Assembly: GCF_000009605.1 (NCBI RefSeq) | Contig: NC_002528.1 | Span: forward strand, 570,001 to 602,000 | Source: Buchnera aphidicola str. APS (Acyrthosiphon pisum) | Lineage (GTDB): Bacteria > Pseudomonadota > Gammaproteobacteria > Enterobacterales > Enterobacteriaceae | Direction of reading: 5' to 3' | DNA: 32,000 bases | Notes under the pieces: model-generated | The model's input: only the letters and a program-made list of their open reading frames with translations | What the model was told of the DNA's origin: nothing | The model's database searches: none | Made by a program: the position numbers and the translations under genes | In this document: positions 11,394-19,991 of the stretch, one piece after another | Layout of the letters: the number at the start of each line of letters is the position of its first letter | Position numbering within the stretch: position 1 is the stretch's first letter

Positions 11394-12062
11394 AACAAAA
11401 ACTCCATTTTTTAAATTTCATCTAAAATACATTTCAATATGTAAAATGAAATTATACATGTTAAATATTTTATTTAGTATAATTTAATCTATAAAAATGC
11501 TATATTATTCTTTGAAAACTTTAAAATATATTAAATATTAACTTCTTATTATTTCTCGTCATTAATTTAAAATAAAAAAATTTTATAATTTTTACATCGT
11601 ACATTTGAAAAATAATATTCGTATTGAAAATAATTCGATGTTTCAATGTAAAAAATTACCTATAAATTTTGTTAAAACATTTATAATTTTTTAAATAATA
11701 ACATTATTATAAGTTTAATAATTTTTAAAATTATATTCCTTTCTAAAATAAATCAAAAATATAAATATAATATTTTAAAAGATGAATATTAAAATATTAT
11801 ATAAAAAAATAGCTATTTCTGATTAAAATAATATTTAAAAAAATCTATTATTTGTATACATTATAGTCTAATAATAAAAAAAGAAAAAATCATTTAAAAC
11901 AAGTACTAACAGTTCATATTAAATATATTTAATGATTTTTTATTTTTATAATTTAGACAAAAAAAAATAAAAAAATTTTCAAAAAATGACTCAAATAGAT
12001 CAATCCATAGATGGTGTATTATTGCAATATTACGATATAATTTCACATAGATTCACTAAATA

Positions 12063-13460
12063 ATGGTATATGCAATAAATATGGCTAAAGATAAATTATA
12101 TTTAAATCAAATTAACAGATTAAAAATCCCACCACATTCTTTAGAAGCAGAACAATCGGTATTAGGTGGGTTGATGTTAGATAATGAACAATGGGATAGC
12201 GTTTCAGAACATGTAGTTGCTGATGATTTTTTTAGTAAACCCCATCGCTTGATCTTCCAAGAAATGCAAAAACTTCTCGATCTAGGATATCCAATAGATT
12301 TAATTACTCTATCTGAATCTTTAGAACAAAAAGGAAAATTAGAAAGTGTAGGAAGATTTTCTTATCTAGCTGAACTTTCAAAAAACACTCCTAGCACTGC
12401 AAATATTACTGCATATGCTGATATAGTAAGAGAGCGCGCAATAGTAAGAGAAATGATATTAGTAGCAAATAAAATAGCTAATGCTGGATATGATACACAA
12501 GGACGAAAAAGTGAAGAATTATTAGATTACGCAGAATCAAGTGTCTTTAAAATTGCAGAAAAACGTTTCAAAAAAGACTCAGGACCAAAAAATGTTGAAC
12601 AAATTCTTGATGAAACTGTTGCTAGTATTGAAAAATTATTTCTATCACCTCATGACGGCGTGACGGGAATTAATACAGGATATCAAGATTTAAATAAAAA
12701 AACATCAGGATTACAGCGTTCTGAACTTATCATTATTGCAGCAAGACCCTCCATGGGAAAAACAACATTTGCAATGAATTTATGTGAAAATGCTGCTATG
12801 CTTTATGATAAACCTGTATTAATATTTAGTTTAGAAATGCCTGGAGAACAAATTATGATGCGTATGTTAGCATCTTTATCTAGAGTCAATCAAGCACGAA
12901 TTAGGACTGGACAATTAAACAACGAAGATTGGGCGCGTATTTCTGGGACTATTAATATTCTTCTTAAGAAAAAGAATATCTATATTGATGACTCATCAGC
13001 ATTAACTCCAAGTGAAGTCCGTTCAAGAGCTCGTCGTATTTATCGTGAAAATAATGGATTAACTTTAATTATGGTGGACTATTTACAATTAATGAGAGTC
13101 CCTTCTTTATCCGAAAACCGTACTCTTGAAATTGCAGAAATATCTAGAACATTGAAAGCATTGGCAAAAGAACTACAGGTTCCAGTAATAGCATTATCAC
13201 AACTTAACCGATCTTTAGAACAAAGATCTGATAAAAGACCAGTAAATTCAGATTTACGTGAATCAGGATCTTTAGAACAAGATGCAGACTTAATAATGTT
13301 TATATATCGCGATGAAATTTATAATGAAAATAGTGACTTGAAAGGGATAGCAGAAATTATAATAGGAAAACAGAGGAATGGACCAATTGGAACAGTTCGT
13401 CTAACTTTTAATGGACATTGGTCTCGATTTGACAACTATTCTGGTCAAAAATATGATTAA
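12063..13460 (+). CDS. dnaB: replicative DNA helicase DnaB
   Basis: 465-aa ORF, collinear with E. coli DnaB from IPPHSLEAEQSVLGG to the end. Walker A is ARPSMGKTTFA. The start could instead be the ATG at 12081 (MAKDK...). Confidence 0.95.
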   Translation: MVYAINMAKDKLYLNQINRLKIPPHSLEAEQSVLGGLMLDNEQWDSVSEHVVADDFFSKPHRLIFQEMQKLLDLGYPIDLITLSESLEQKGKLESVGRFSYLAELSKNTPSTANITAYADIVRERAIVREMILVANKIANAGYDTQGRKSEELLDYAESSVFKIAEKRFKKDSGPKNVEQILDETVASIEKLFLSPHDGVTGINTGYQDLNKKTSGLQRSELIIIAARPSMGKTTFAMNLCENAAMLYDKPVLIFSLEMPGEQIMMRMLASLSRVNQARIRTGQLNNEDWARISGTINILLKKKNIYIDDSSALTPSEVRSRARRIYRENNGLTLIMVDYLQLMRVPSLSENRTLEIAEISRTLKALAKELQVPVIALSQLNRSLEQRSDKRPVNSDLRESGSLEQDADLIMFIYRDEIYNENSDLKGIAEIIIGKQRNGPIGTVRLTFNGHWSRFDNYSGQKYD

Positions 13461-13706
13461 ATATGAATATTTTTAAAATATTTTCATGATTTAAAAATAA
13501 AAATTATAGTTGTCAAAAAATATTTTTTTAATTATTTAATAATTAAGAATTAATTTTTAATTAATACATTGTTTAAATATTAAAGACCATTAAATTTTAT
13601 AAAATTAAAATTTTTATGAAAATAAGTACATTAATATATTTTAAAAAAATAATTAAAATAATATTATCTATTTTTAAAAAATTGTTCAATTAAAAAGATA
13701 AAATAT

Positions 13707-14669
13707 ATGTCTAAAAAAATAAGTTTAAAGATTGGAATATTAATGGATTCCATTGAATCAATTAACATTAAAAAAGATTCAAGTTTTGCTATTTTACTAG
13801 AAGCACAAAAAAGAAATCATATTATTCACTACATGGAAATGAATGATCTTTATTTAAGAAAAGAACAAGCATTTGCAAGGACTCGTTTAATAAAATTAAT
13901 AAAAAATACACAAAAATGGTATCAATTTATTAAACAACAAAGTATTTCTTTGAGTGAGTTAGATGTTATTTTAATGCGTAAAGATCCACCGTTTAATACT
14001 GAATTTATTTATTCAACATATATTTTAGAACGTGCAGAAGAAACAGGTGTTTTGATAATTAATAAACCGAAAAGTTTGCGAGATTGCAACGAAAAAATAT
14101 TTACATCATGGTTTCCTGATCTAATTACTGATACTTTGGTAACAAGAAATATATTTCAGATACGTCAATTTTGGGAAAAATATCAAGACATTATAATAAA
14201 ACCATTAGACGCAATGGGTGGTGCTAATATCTTTCGAATAAAAAAAAACGATCCTAATTTTTCAGTTATTGTTGAAAACATGACAAATTATGAAAGAAAA
14301 TACTGCATGGTTCAAAATTACTTACCAGAAATCAAGTTAGGTGACAAAAGAATTTTAATTATCAATGGCAAACCTATACCTTGGTGTGTAGCTAGAATAG
14401 CACGAATTGGAGAGACGAGAGCTAACTTAGCCGCGGGGGGGGAAGGAAAAATACAGTCCTTAAGTGAGACAGATTGGAAAATAGCAAATTATTTATCTCC
14501 CACTTTAAAGAAAAGAGGATTAATTCTTGTTGGATTAGATGTAATAGGTGATAAACTAACAGAAATAAATGTTACGAGTCCAACATGTATTTGTGAAATA
14601 GAATCGCAAAAAAATATTTCTATTACCGGAATGTTGTTAGATTATATTGAAAAAAAAGTATGTTTGTAG
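13707..14669 (+). CDS. gshB: glutathione synthetase
   Basis: 320-aa ORF, collinear with E. coli GshB (KKDSSFAILLEAQKR, ILMRKDPPFNTEFIYSTYILERAEE, TEINVTSPTC). Confidence 0.94.
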   Translation: MSKKISLKIGILMDSIESINIKKDSSFAILLEAQKRNHIIHYMEMNDLYLRKEQAFARTRLIKLIKNTQKWYQFIKQQSISLSELDVILMRKDPPFNTEFIYSTYILERAEETGVLIINKPKSLRDCNEKIFTSWFPDLITDTLVTRNIFQIRQFWEKYQDIIIKPLDAMGGANIFRIKKNDPNFSVIVENMTNYERKYCMVQNYLPEIKLGDKRILIINGKPIPWCVARIARIGETRANLAAGGEGKIQSLSETDWKIANYLSPTLKKRGLILVGLDVIGDKLTEINVTSPTCICEIESQKNISITGMLLDYIEKKVCL

Positions 14670-14679
14670 AGATCATAAA

Positions 14680-15087
14680 ATGATAGTAATTGCATTTGAT
14701 TTTGGTATAAAAAAAATTGGAGTAGCTGTAGGAGAAAATATAACTAAAAAAGGAAGACCTTTAAGTGTTTTAAATGCTCAAAACGGATGTCCAAATTGGC
14801 AACTCGTAAAAAATTTAATACAATATTGGCAACCTCAATTTATCGTTGTAGGTTTACCCTTAAATATAAATGGCACAAAACAAAAAATTACTAATAAATC
14901 AGAAAAATTTGCTAATTTATTAAAATATAAATTCAATATTGTTGTTAAAATGCATGATGAACGCTTAACTACTGTGGAAGCAAAATCAATAATATTCAAA
15001 AAAAATGGTTTTAAAGGATTAAAAGAAGAAAAAATTCACTCTTGTGCTGCCGTCATTATATTAGAAAGTTGGTTCAATCAATATTAA
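14680..15087 (+). CDS. ruvX: putative pre-16S rRNA nuclease / Holliday-junction-resolvase-like protein YqgF (RuvX)
   Basis: Part of ORF 14647..15087. Homology starts at MIVIAFDFGIKKIGVAVG. The 11 upstream codons overlap the gshB 3' end, so the start is set to the ATG at 14680. Confidence 0.88.
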   Translation: MIVIAFDFGIKKIGVAVGENITKKGRPLSVLNAQNGCPNWQLVKNLIQYWQPQFIVVGLPLNINGTKQKITNKSEKFANLLKYKFNIVVKMHDERLTTVEAKSIIFKKNGFKGLKEEKIHSCAAVIILESWFNQY

Positions 15088-15130
15088 TTTAAAATGTAAT
15101 TATAAAAAACTATTTTAACAGGAGAAGAAT

Positions 15131-15807
15131 ATGAATAGTATTCATCTTAATTTTAAATCTATAAAAAAAAAATACAAGATATTATAAAAAACAATAATCT
15201 TCCTTTGAAAAAAATAACAATCATCGCAGTAAGCAAGAATCGAAATATCAATAATATTGAAGAAGCAATACGATCTGGAATTAATAATTTTGGAGAAAAT
15301 TACCTACAAGAAAGTCTTATTAAAATAGAAAATTTAAAAAAGTACAAAAATATTACATGGCATTTTATTGGAAAAATACAGTCTAACAAGACTAAAAAAA
15401 TAGCTCAAAATTTTTCTTGGTGTCAAACAGTTGACCGAGAAAAAATCGCGGTTTTATTAAACAAATTTAGACCCAAAAATTTACCACCAATAAATGTGTT
15501 GATACAAATTAATAATCTTAAAGAATTACAAAATAATAGATATATAGATCAATACCAAGAATTAGCACAACTAATCTTATCAATGCCTAATCTAAATTTA
15601 AGAGGGATTATGGCCGTTCCTTCAATAAAAACAAATGTTATTGAAAACAATTTACAATACGAAAAAATAAAAACTATATTTAATCGATTTAAAAGACAAT
15701 ATTCATCAGTAGATACTCTATCATTAGGAACGAGTGTTGATATAAAAGAATCACTACTTGCTACAAGTAATATGGTAAGAATTGGACGTAATATTTTTAA
15801 TATATAA
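15131..15807 (+). CDS. yggS: PLP homeostasis protein YggS, with its reading frame interrupted at an A10 run (frameshifted, possibly slippage-dependent or a pseudogene)
   Basis: The track ORF 15205..15807 starts at a TTG with no Shine-Dalgarno (SD) sequence and lacks the first ~28 YggS residues. GGAG (15121-15124) plus ATG 15131 opens an 18-codon ORF (MNSIHLNFKSIKKKYKIL*). This matches the YggS N-terminus up to the A10 run (15163-15172). After the run, the main frame reads IQDIIKNNNLPLKKITIIAVSK. Confidence 0.85.
15163..15172 (+). repeat. A10 homopolymer at the yggS frameshift site
   Basis: I counted ten consecutive A residues directly in the sequence (ataaaaaaaaaatac). Confidence 0.95.
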
Positions 15808-15849
15808 AAAATTTATTTGTTTAAATCAATATAAAAAGATGAAATTATT

Positions 15850-16980
15850 ATGTTTACATTGCCTCCTATTAGTCTGTATATTCATATCCCGTGGTGTCTA
15901 AAAAAATGTGGATATTGTGATTTTTACTCCTATGTTAGTAAAGAAATCATTCCTGAAAATAAATATATAGAACATTTATTAAGAGACTTTGAAAGGGACC
16001 TATCTCTAATTAATAACAGAAACATTAATACTATTTTTATTGGTGGTGGAACACCTAGTTTATTAAAAAATACATCAATAAAAAATTTATTGAATGGTAT
16101 TAAAAAAAGAAAGATAATTTCTAAAAATATAGAAATTAGTATAGAAGCTAATCCTAAAACGCTAGAATATCAAAATTTTATTCAATATAAAAATTCAGGT
16201 ATTAATCGCTTTTCTTTAGGTATTCAAACATTTAATTCAAAAATGCTAAAAAAAATAGAACGTACATATAATTCAAAAGATGCGATGAATGCAATCATAG
16301 AATCAAAAAAAATTAGTGATAATATTAATTTAGATTTAATGTATGGTTTACCTGGTCAGTCATTAGAAGAGGCATTATCAGATTTACAGATCGCAATTCA
16401 ATGCAACCCATCTCATATATCATGGTACCAACTAACAATCGAACCTAATACTGTATTTTATGCAAAAAAAATACAAACACCTCATCAAGATGTAGTATTT
16501 AATATGTTGATTGAAGGAGATAAGCTATTAAAAAAAGCTGGATATAAAAAATATGAAATATCATCATATTCGAAATTCAACTATCAATGTCAACATAATC
16601 TAAATTATTGGAATTTTGGAGATTATATAGGAATAGGCTGCGGTTCTCATGGTAAAATTACGCAAAAAAATGGGGAAATTATTAGAACTATTAAAAACAA
16701 AAACATAAATGATTTTTTAAGTGGAAAATATATCAATTCTGTATATCAAGTGTCTAAAAGAGATAAAATATTCGAATATTTTATGAACGTTTTTAGACTA
16801 TATAAACCTATTTTCAAAAAACATTTCAGAGAAAACACTAATATAGAAGAAAGTTTTATAGAAAAAAATATTCAAATCGCTATACAAGAAGGATTCTTAA
16901 TTAATCAATCAGATTGTTGGCATACAACAAAAAAGGGAAAGAATTTTTTAAATTCGCTATTAGAAATATTTTTAAAATAA
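15850..16980 (+). CDS. hemW: radical SAM heme chaperone HemW (YggW, formerly annotated as HemN-like)
   Basis: 376-aa ORF with the radical-SAM CxxxCxxC motif (PWCLKKCGYCDF) near the N-terminus. The yggS-yggW adjacency matches enterobacteria. Confidence 0.9.
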   Translation: MFTLPPISLYIHIPWCLKKCGYCDFYSYVSKEIIPENKYIEHLLRDFERDLSLINNRNINTIFIGGGTPSLLKNTSIKNLLNGIKKRKIISKNIEISIEANPKTLEYQNFIQYKNSGINRFSLGIQTFNSKMLKKIERTYNSKDAMNAIIESKKISDNINLDLMYGLPGQSLEEALSDLQIAIQCNPSHISWYQLTIEPNTVFYAKKIQTPHQDVVFNMLIEGDKLLKKAGYKKYEISSYSKFNYQCQHNLNYWNFGDYIGIGCGSHGKITQKNGEIIRTIKNKNINDFLSGKYINSVYQVSKRDKIFEYFMNVFRLYKPIFKKHFRENTNIEESFIEKNIQIAIQEGFLINQSDCWHTTKKGKNFLNSLLEIFLK

Positions 16981-16986
16981 AAAATA

Positions 16987-17706
16987 CTATTTTTTTAGTT
17001 GAAACATCAAATCAAAAATTTTTTTACCTTGTAGCAATCCTTTTTTTTCAAATTTAGTTATTATACGAGAAACGGGACGTTTTACAAAATTATTTTTTTC
17101 AGATAAATTTTTATAATTTTTAATATCTTTTATTTCGTCTAATATATAAAAAGCATATGATTCTGAATCTGTAGCAATATGTAATATACCATCTATTATT
17201 AATTTTTTTGTAATAATTTTTAAAAAAATATTTTTTAAAAGTCTTCTCTTATGATGACGTTTTTTATGCCAAGGATCTGGAAAAAAAATTTGTACTTTAG
17301 ACAAAGTATCGTCTGGAATCATATTGTACATAACTTCAGTTGCATCATAATAAATAATTCTTAAGTTTTGAATTTGATAAGAAGATGCATAGTGCAAACA
17401 AGATCCTATTCCTGATTTATATACTTCTATTCCTAAAAAATTTTTCTCAGGAAAATTCATAGCAGTTTTAACTAAAGATTCTCCTGAACCAAAACCAATT
17501 TCTAATATTATTGGAGCACGATGCTTGAATATAGATGAAAAATTTAATGCATTTAATTGGAAATCAACACCAATTAAAGACCAATATTTTTTAATTGCAC
17601 TTAATTGAGATGTCGTTGTACGACCTTTTCTACATACAAAACTATGAATTTGACGCAAAAAAACACCTTCAAGATTATATCTCGGAGTTATAATATTATT
17701 TTTCAT
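16987..17706 (-). CDS. trmB: tRNA (guanine-N7)-methyltransferase
   Basis: 239-aa ORF with the motifs LEIGFGSGESL and FFPDPWHKKRHHKRR typical of TrmB (YggH). It is divergent from mutY, as in E. coli. Confidence 0.93.
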   Translation of the reverse strand: MKNNIITPRYNLEGVFLRQIHSFVCRKGRTTTSQLSAIKKYWSLIGVDFQLNALNFSSIFKHRAPIILEIGFGSGESLVKTAMNFPEKNFLGIEVYKSGIGSCLHYASSYQIQNLRIIYYDATEVMYNMIPDDTLSKVQIFFPDPWHKKRHHKRRLLKNIFLKIITKKLIIDGILHIATDSESYAFYILDEIKDIKNYKNLSEKNNFVKRPVSRIITKFEKKGLLQGKKIFDLMFQLKK

Positions 17707-17803
17707 ATTTTATCTAATAATTTAATTTAAATAATAGCAGCATATTAATATTTTTTTAAAAAACACATACTCAAATATTTATAAAAAAACGGCTTATATT
17801 ATA

Positions 17804-18856
17804 ATGACAAAATATATTTTTTCACAACTAGTTTTAAACTGGTACCACAAAAATGGCAGAAAAGACTTGCCATGGCAAATAAATAAAACATTATATACAG
17901 TTTGGATATCTGAAATAATGTTGCAACAAACTACAGTAAAATCTGCCATTCCTTATTTCAAAAAATTCATACTAAATTTTCCAAATATTAAATCTTTAAA
18001 TGATAGCAAATTAGACGACGTTTTATATTTATGGAGTGGTCTTGGATACTATAATAGAGCTAAAAATATTTATAAATCGGCGCAAATTATTAAGAAAAAA
18101 TATAAAGGAATATTTCCGGATCAATTTTCAAATATTATTCAATTGCCTGGGATCGGACGATCTACAGCAGGAGCTATTTTATCGTTATCATTAAATTTTT
18201 TTTATCCTATTTTAGATGGAAATGTAAAAAGAATTCTAGTACGCTACTATGGAATCTCAGGTTTATTAAAAGATAAAAAAATCGAAAAAAAGTTATGGAA
18301 TATAATTGAATCGATTACCCCAATACATAACACTGGTAAATTCAATCAAGGCATGATGGATATAGGGGCATCAATTTGTATATCGATAAAACCAAAATGT
18401 ACAATTTGTCCATTAAAAAAAGAATGTATTGCTCAAATAGAAAAAAAATGGGAAAAATACCCTTTAAAAAATATAAAAAAAACACTTCCTCAAAAAATAT
18501 CTTGGTTTATTATCATCAAACATGAAAATAATTTTTGGCTAAAAAAAAATACAGAACAAGAAATTTGGAAAGAATTATTTTGTTTTCCAAAATTTAAGAA
18601 CAAAGAGGAAGCTTTAATTTGGTTGAAAGAAAAAAAAATAAATATAAATACATGTGAAAATATGATATCATTTTTTCATAAATTTAGTCATTTTATTTTG
18701 CATATTAATCCAATCTTAATTAGATTACCTTATATTTCAGAGTTTTTTAAAGAAAACCATAAAAAAATCTGGTATAACTTAAAAAATCCTCAACATATAG
18801 GACTACCGAGACCGGTACAGAAAATACTTGAAAATTTTAAAAAAAATATTTTTTAA
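17804..18856 (+). CDS. mutY: A/G-specific adenine DNA glycosylase
   Basis: 350-aa ORF with an HhH-GPD region ([14 protein letters not shown]), a 4Fe-4S Cys ligand pattern ([17 protein letters not shown]) and a C-terminal MutT-like domain. Confidence 0.93.
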   Translation: MTKYIFSQLVLNWYHKNGRKDLPWQINKTLYTVWISEIMLQQTTVKSAIPYFKKFILNFPNIKSLNDSKLDDVLYLWSGLGYYNRAKNIYKSAQIIKKKYKGIFPDQFSNIIQLPGIGRSTAGAILSLSLNFFYPILDGNVKRILVRYYGISGLLKDKKIEKKLWNIIESITPIHNTGKFNQGMMDIGASICISIKPKCTICPLKKECIAQIEKKWEKYPLKNIKKTLPQKISWFIIIKHENNFWLKKNTEQEIWKELFCFPKFKNKEEALIWLKEKKININTCENMISFFHKFSHFILHINPILIRLPYISEFFKENHKKIWYNLKNPQHIGLPRPVQKILENFKKNIF

Positions 18857-18875
18857 AAAAAGGAGTATTAAAATT

Positions 18876-19109
18876 ATGAATCGAATTATTTTTTGCACAT
18901 TTTTTAAAAAAAAGTCTGAAGGTCAAGATTTTCAATCCTACCCAGGTAAATTGGGAAAAAAAATATATGACCAAATCTCAAAAAAAGCATGGGAGAAATG
19001 GATAGAAAAACAAACTATCTTAATTAATGAAGAAAATCTTAATATGTTTAACTTAGAACATCGTAAAAAAATTGAAAAGTATATGAAATTATTTTTATTT
19101 AAAAAATAA
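18876..19109 (+). CDS. yggX: Fe(2+)-trafficking protein YggX
   Basis: Part of ORF 18828..19109. Homology starts at [29 protein letters not shown] at 18861-18865 precedes the ATG at 18876. The 16 upstream codons overlap the mutY 3' end. Confidence 0.9.
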   Translation: MNRIIFCTFFKKKSEGQDFQSYPGKLGKKIYDQISKKAWEKWIEKQTILINEENLNMFNLEHRKKIEKYMKLFLFKK

Positions 19110-19202
19110 AAAGCAAATAGAAAATAATTTCTTTGAATTTTTAAAACATTTTCTAACATAAACAATGTCTAATATTAATTATTTTACAAAAAAATTCTTA
19201 CA

Positions 19203-19991
19203 GTGCTTATATTTGATTCTGGCGTCGGTGGATTATCTATACTAAAAAATATAAAAAAAATTCTACCAAACATTCATTATATTTATATGTTAGATAATGA
19301 ATCCTTTCCTTATGGGAATAAAACAGAATTTTTTATCATCCAGAGAAGTATAAAAATAATTCATACAATAAAAAAAATTTACCCTATTAATGTTGTGGTG
19401 ATAGCTTGTAATACAATCAGCACTGTAGCTCTATCTATTTTAAGAAAAAAATTTGATATTCCTATTTTTGGAATATTCCCTCATATAAAAGCTGCAGAAA
19501 AAATAACTAAAAATAAAATCATTGGTTTGATAGCAACCAAAGCAACAATTAATTCTAGTTATACTCAAAAGATAATATATGAATATTCTTGTTCTAACAC
19601 TATAAAAATAATAGGTACAAATAAATTGGCTGTAATAGCTGAAAAAAAAATTCGAGGAGTAGCAGTCTCGCAAAAAAAATTAAAAAATATTTTTAGACCG
19701 TGGATAAATCTTCCAACATGTCCCGATACTATTATATTAGGATGTACTCATTTTTCATTATTAGAAAAAGAAATTAAAAATATTCTATATAAAACGCGAT
19801 CAGTTTACTTTATTGATTCAATAAAAAAAGTGATTTTTCAGATTGAAAGTTATTTAAAAACATCAAATGTTAATCAAAAAATAAAAAAAAATATTTTTTT
19901 ATATTCAAAAAACAATAATAATTTAAAGAAACTATTATCGTTTTTAAAACAATATAAATTTACAGTAATAAAACATATTAATTTGAATTAA
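19203..19991 (+). CDS. murI: glutamate racemase
   Basis: 262-aa ORF starting at GTG 19203, with motifs FDSGVGGLS, IACNT and LGCTHF. The true N-terminus is uncertain (see findings). Confidence 0.9.
   Translation: MLIFDSGVGGLSILKNIKKILPNIHYIYMLDNESFPYGNKTEFFIIQRSIKIIHTIKKIYPINVVVIACNTISTVALSILRKKFDIPIFGIFPHIKAAEKITKNKIIGLIATKATINSSYTQKIIYEYSCSNTIKIIGTNKLAVIAEKKIRGVAVSQKKLKNIFRPWINLPTCPDTIILGCTHFSLLEKEIKNILYKTRSVYFIDSIKKVIFQIESYLKTSNVNQKIKKNIFLYSKNNNNLKKLLSFLKQYKFTVIKHINLN

Noticed and set aside
18938-19165. 75-aa - strand ORF antisense to yggX, and the similar antisense ORFs 19440..19673 (in murI) and 28626..28844 (in purA)
   Set aside because: All three lie wholly opposite well-conserved genes and have Phe/Ile/Tyr-rich composition, as expected from the AT-rich antisense strand. 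None has homology.
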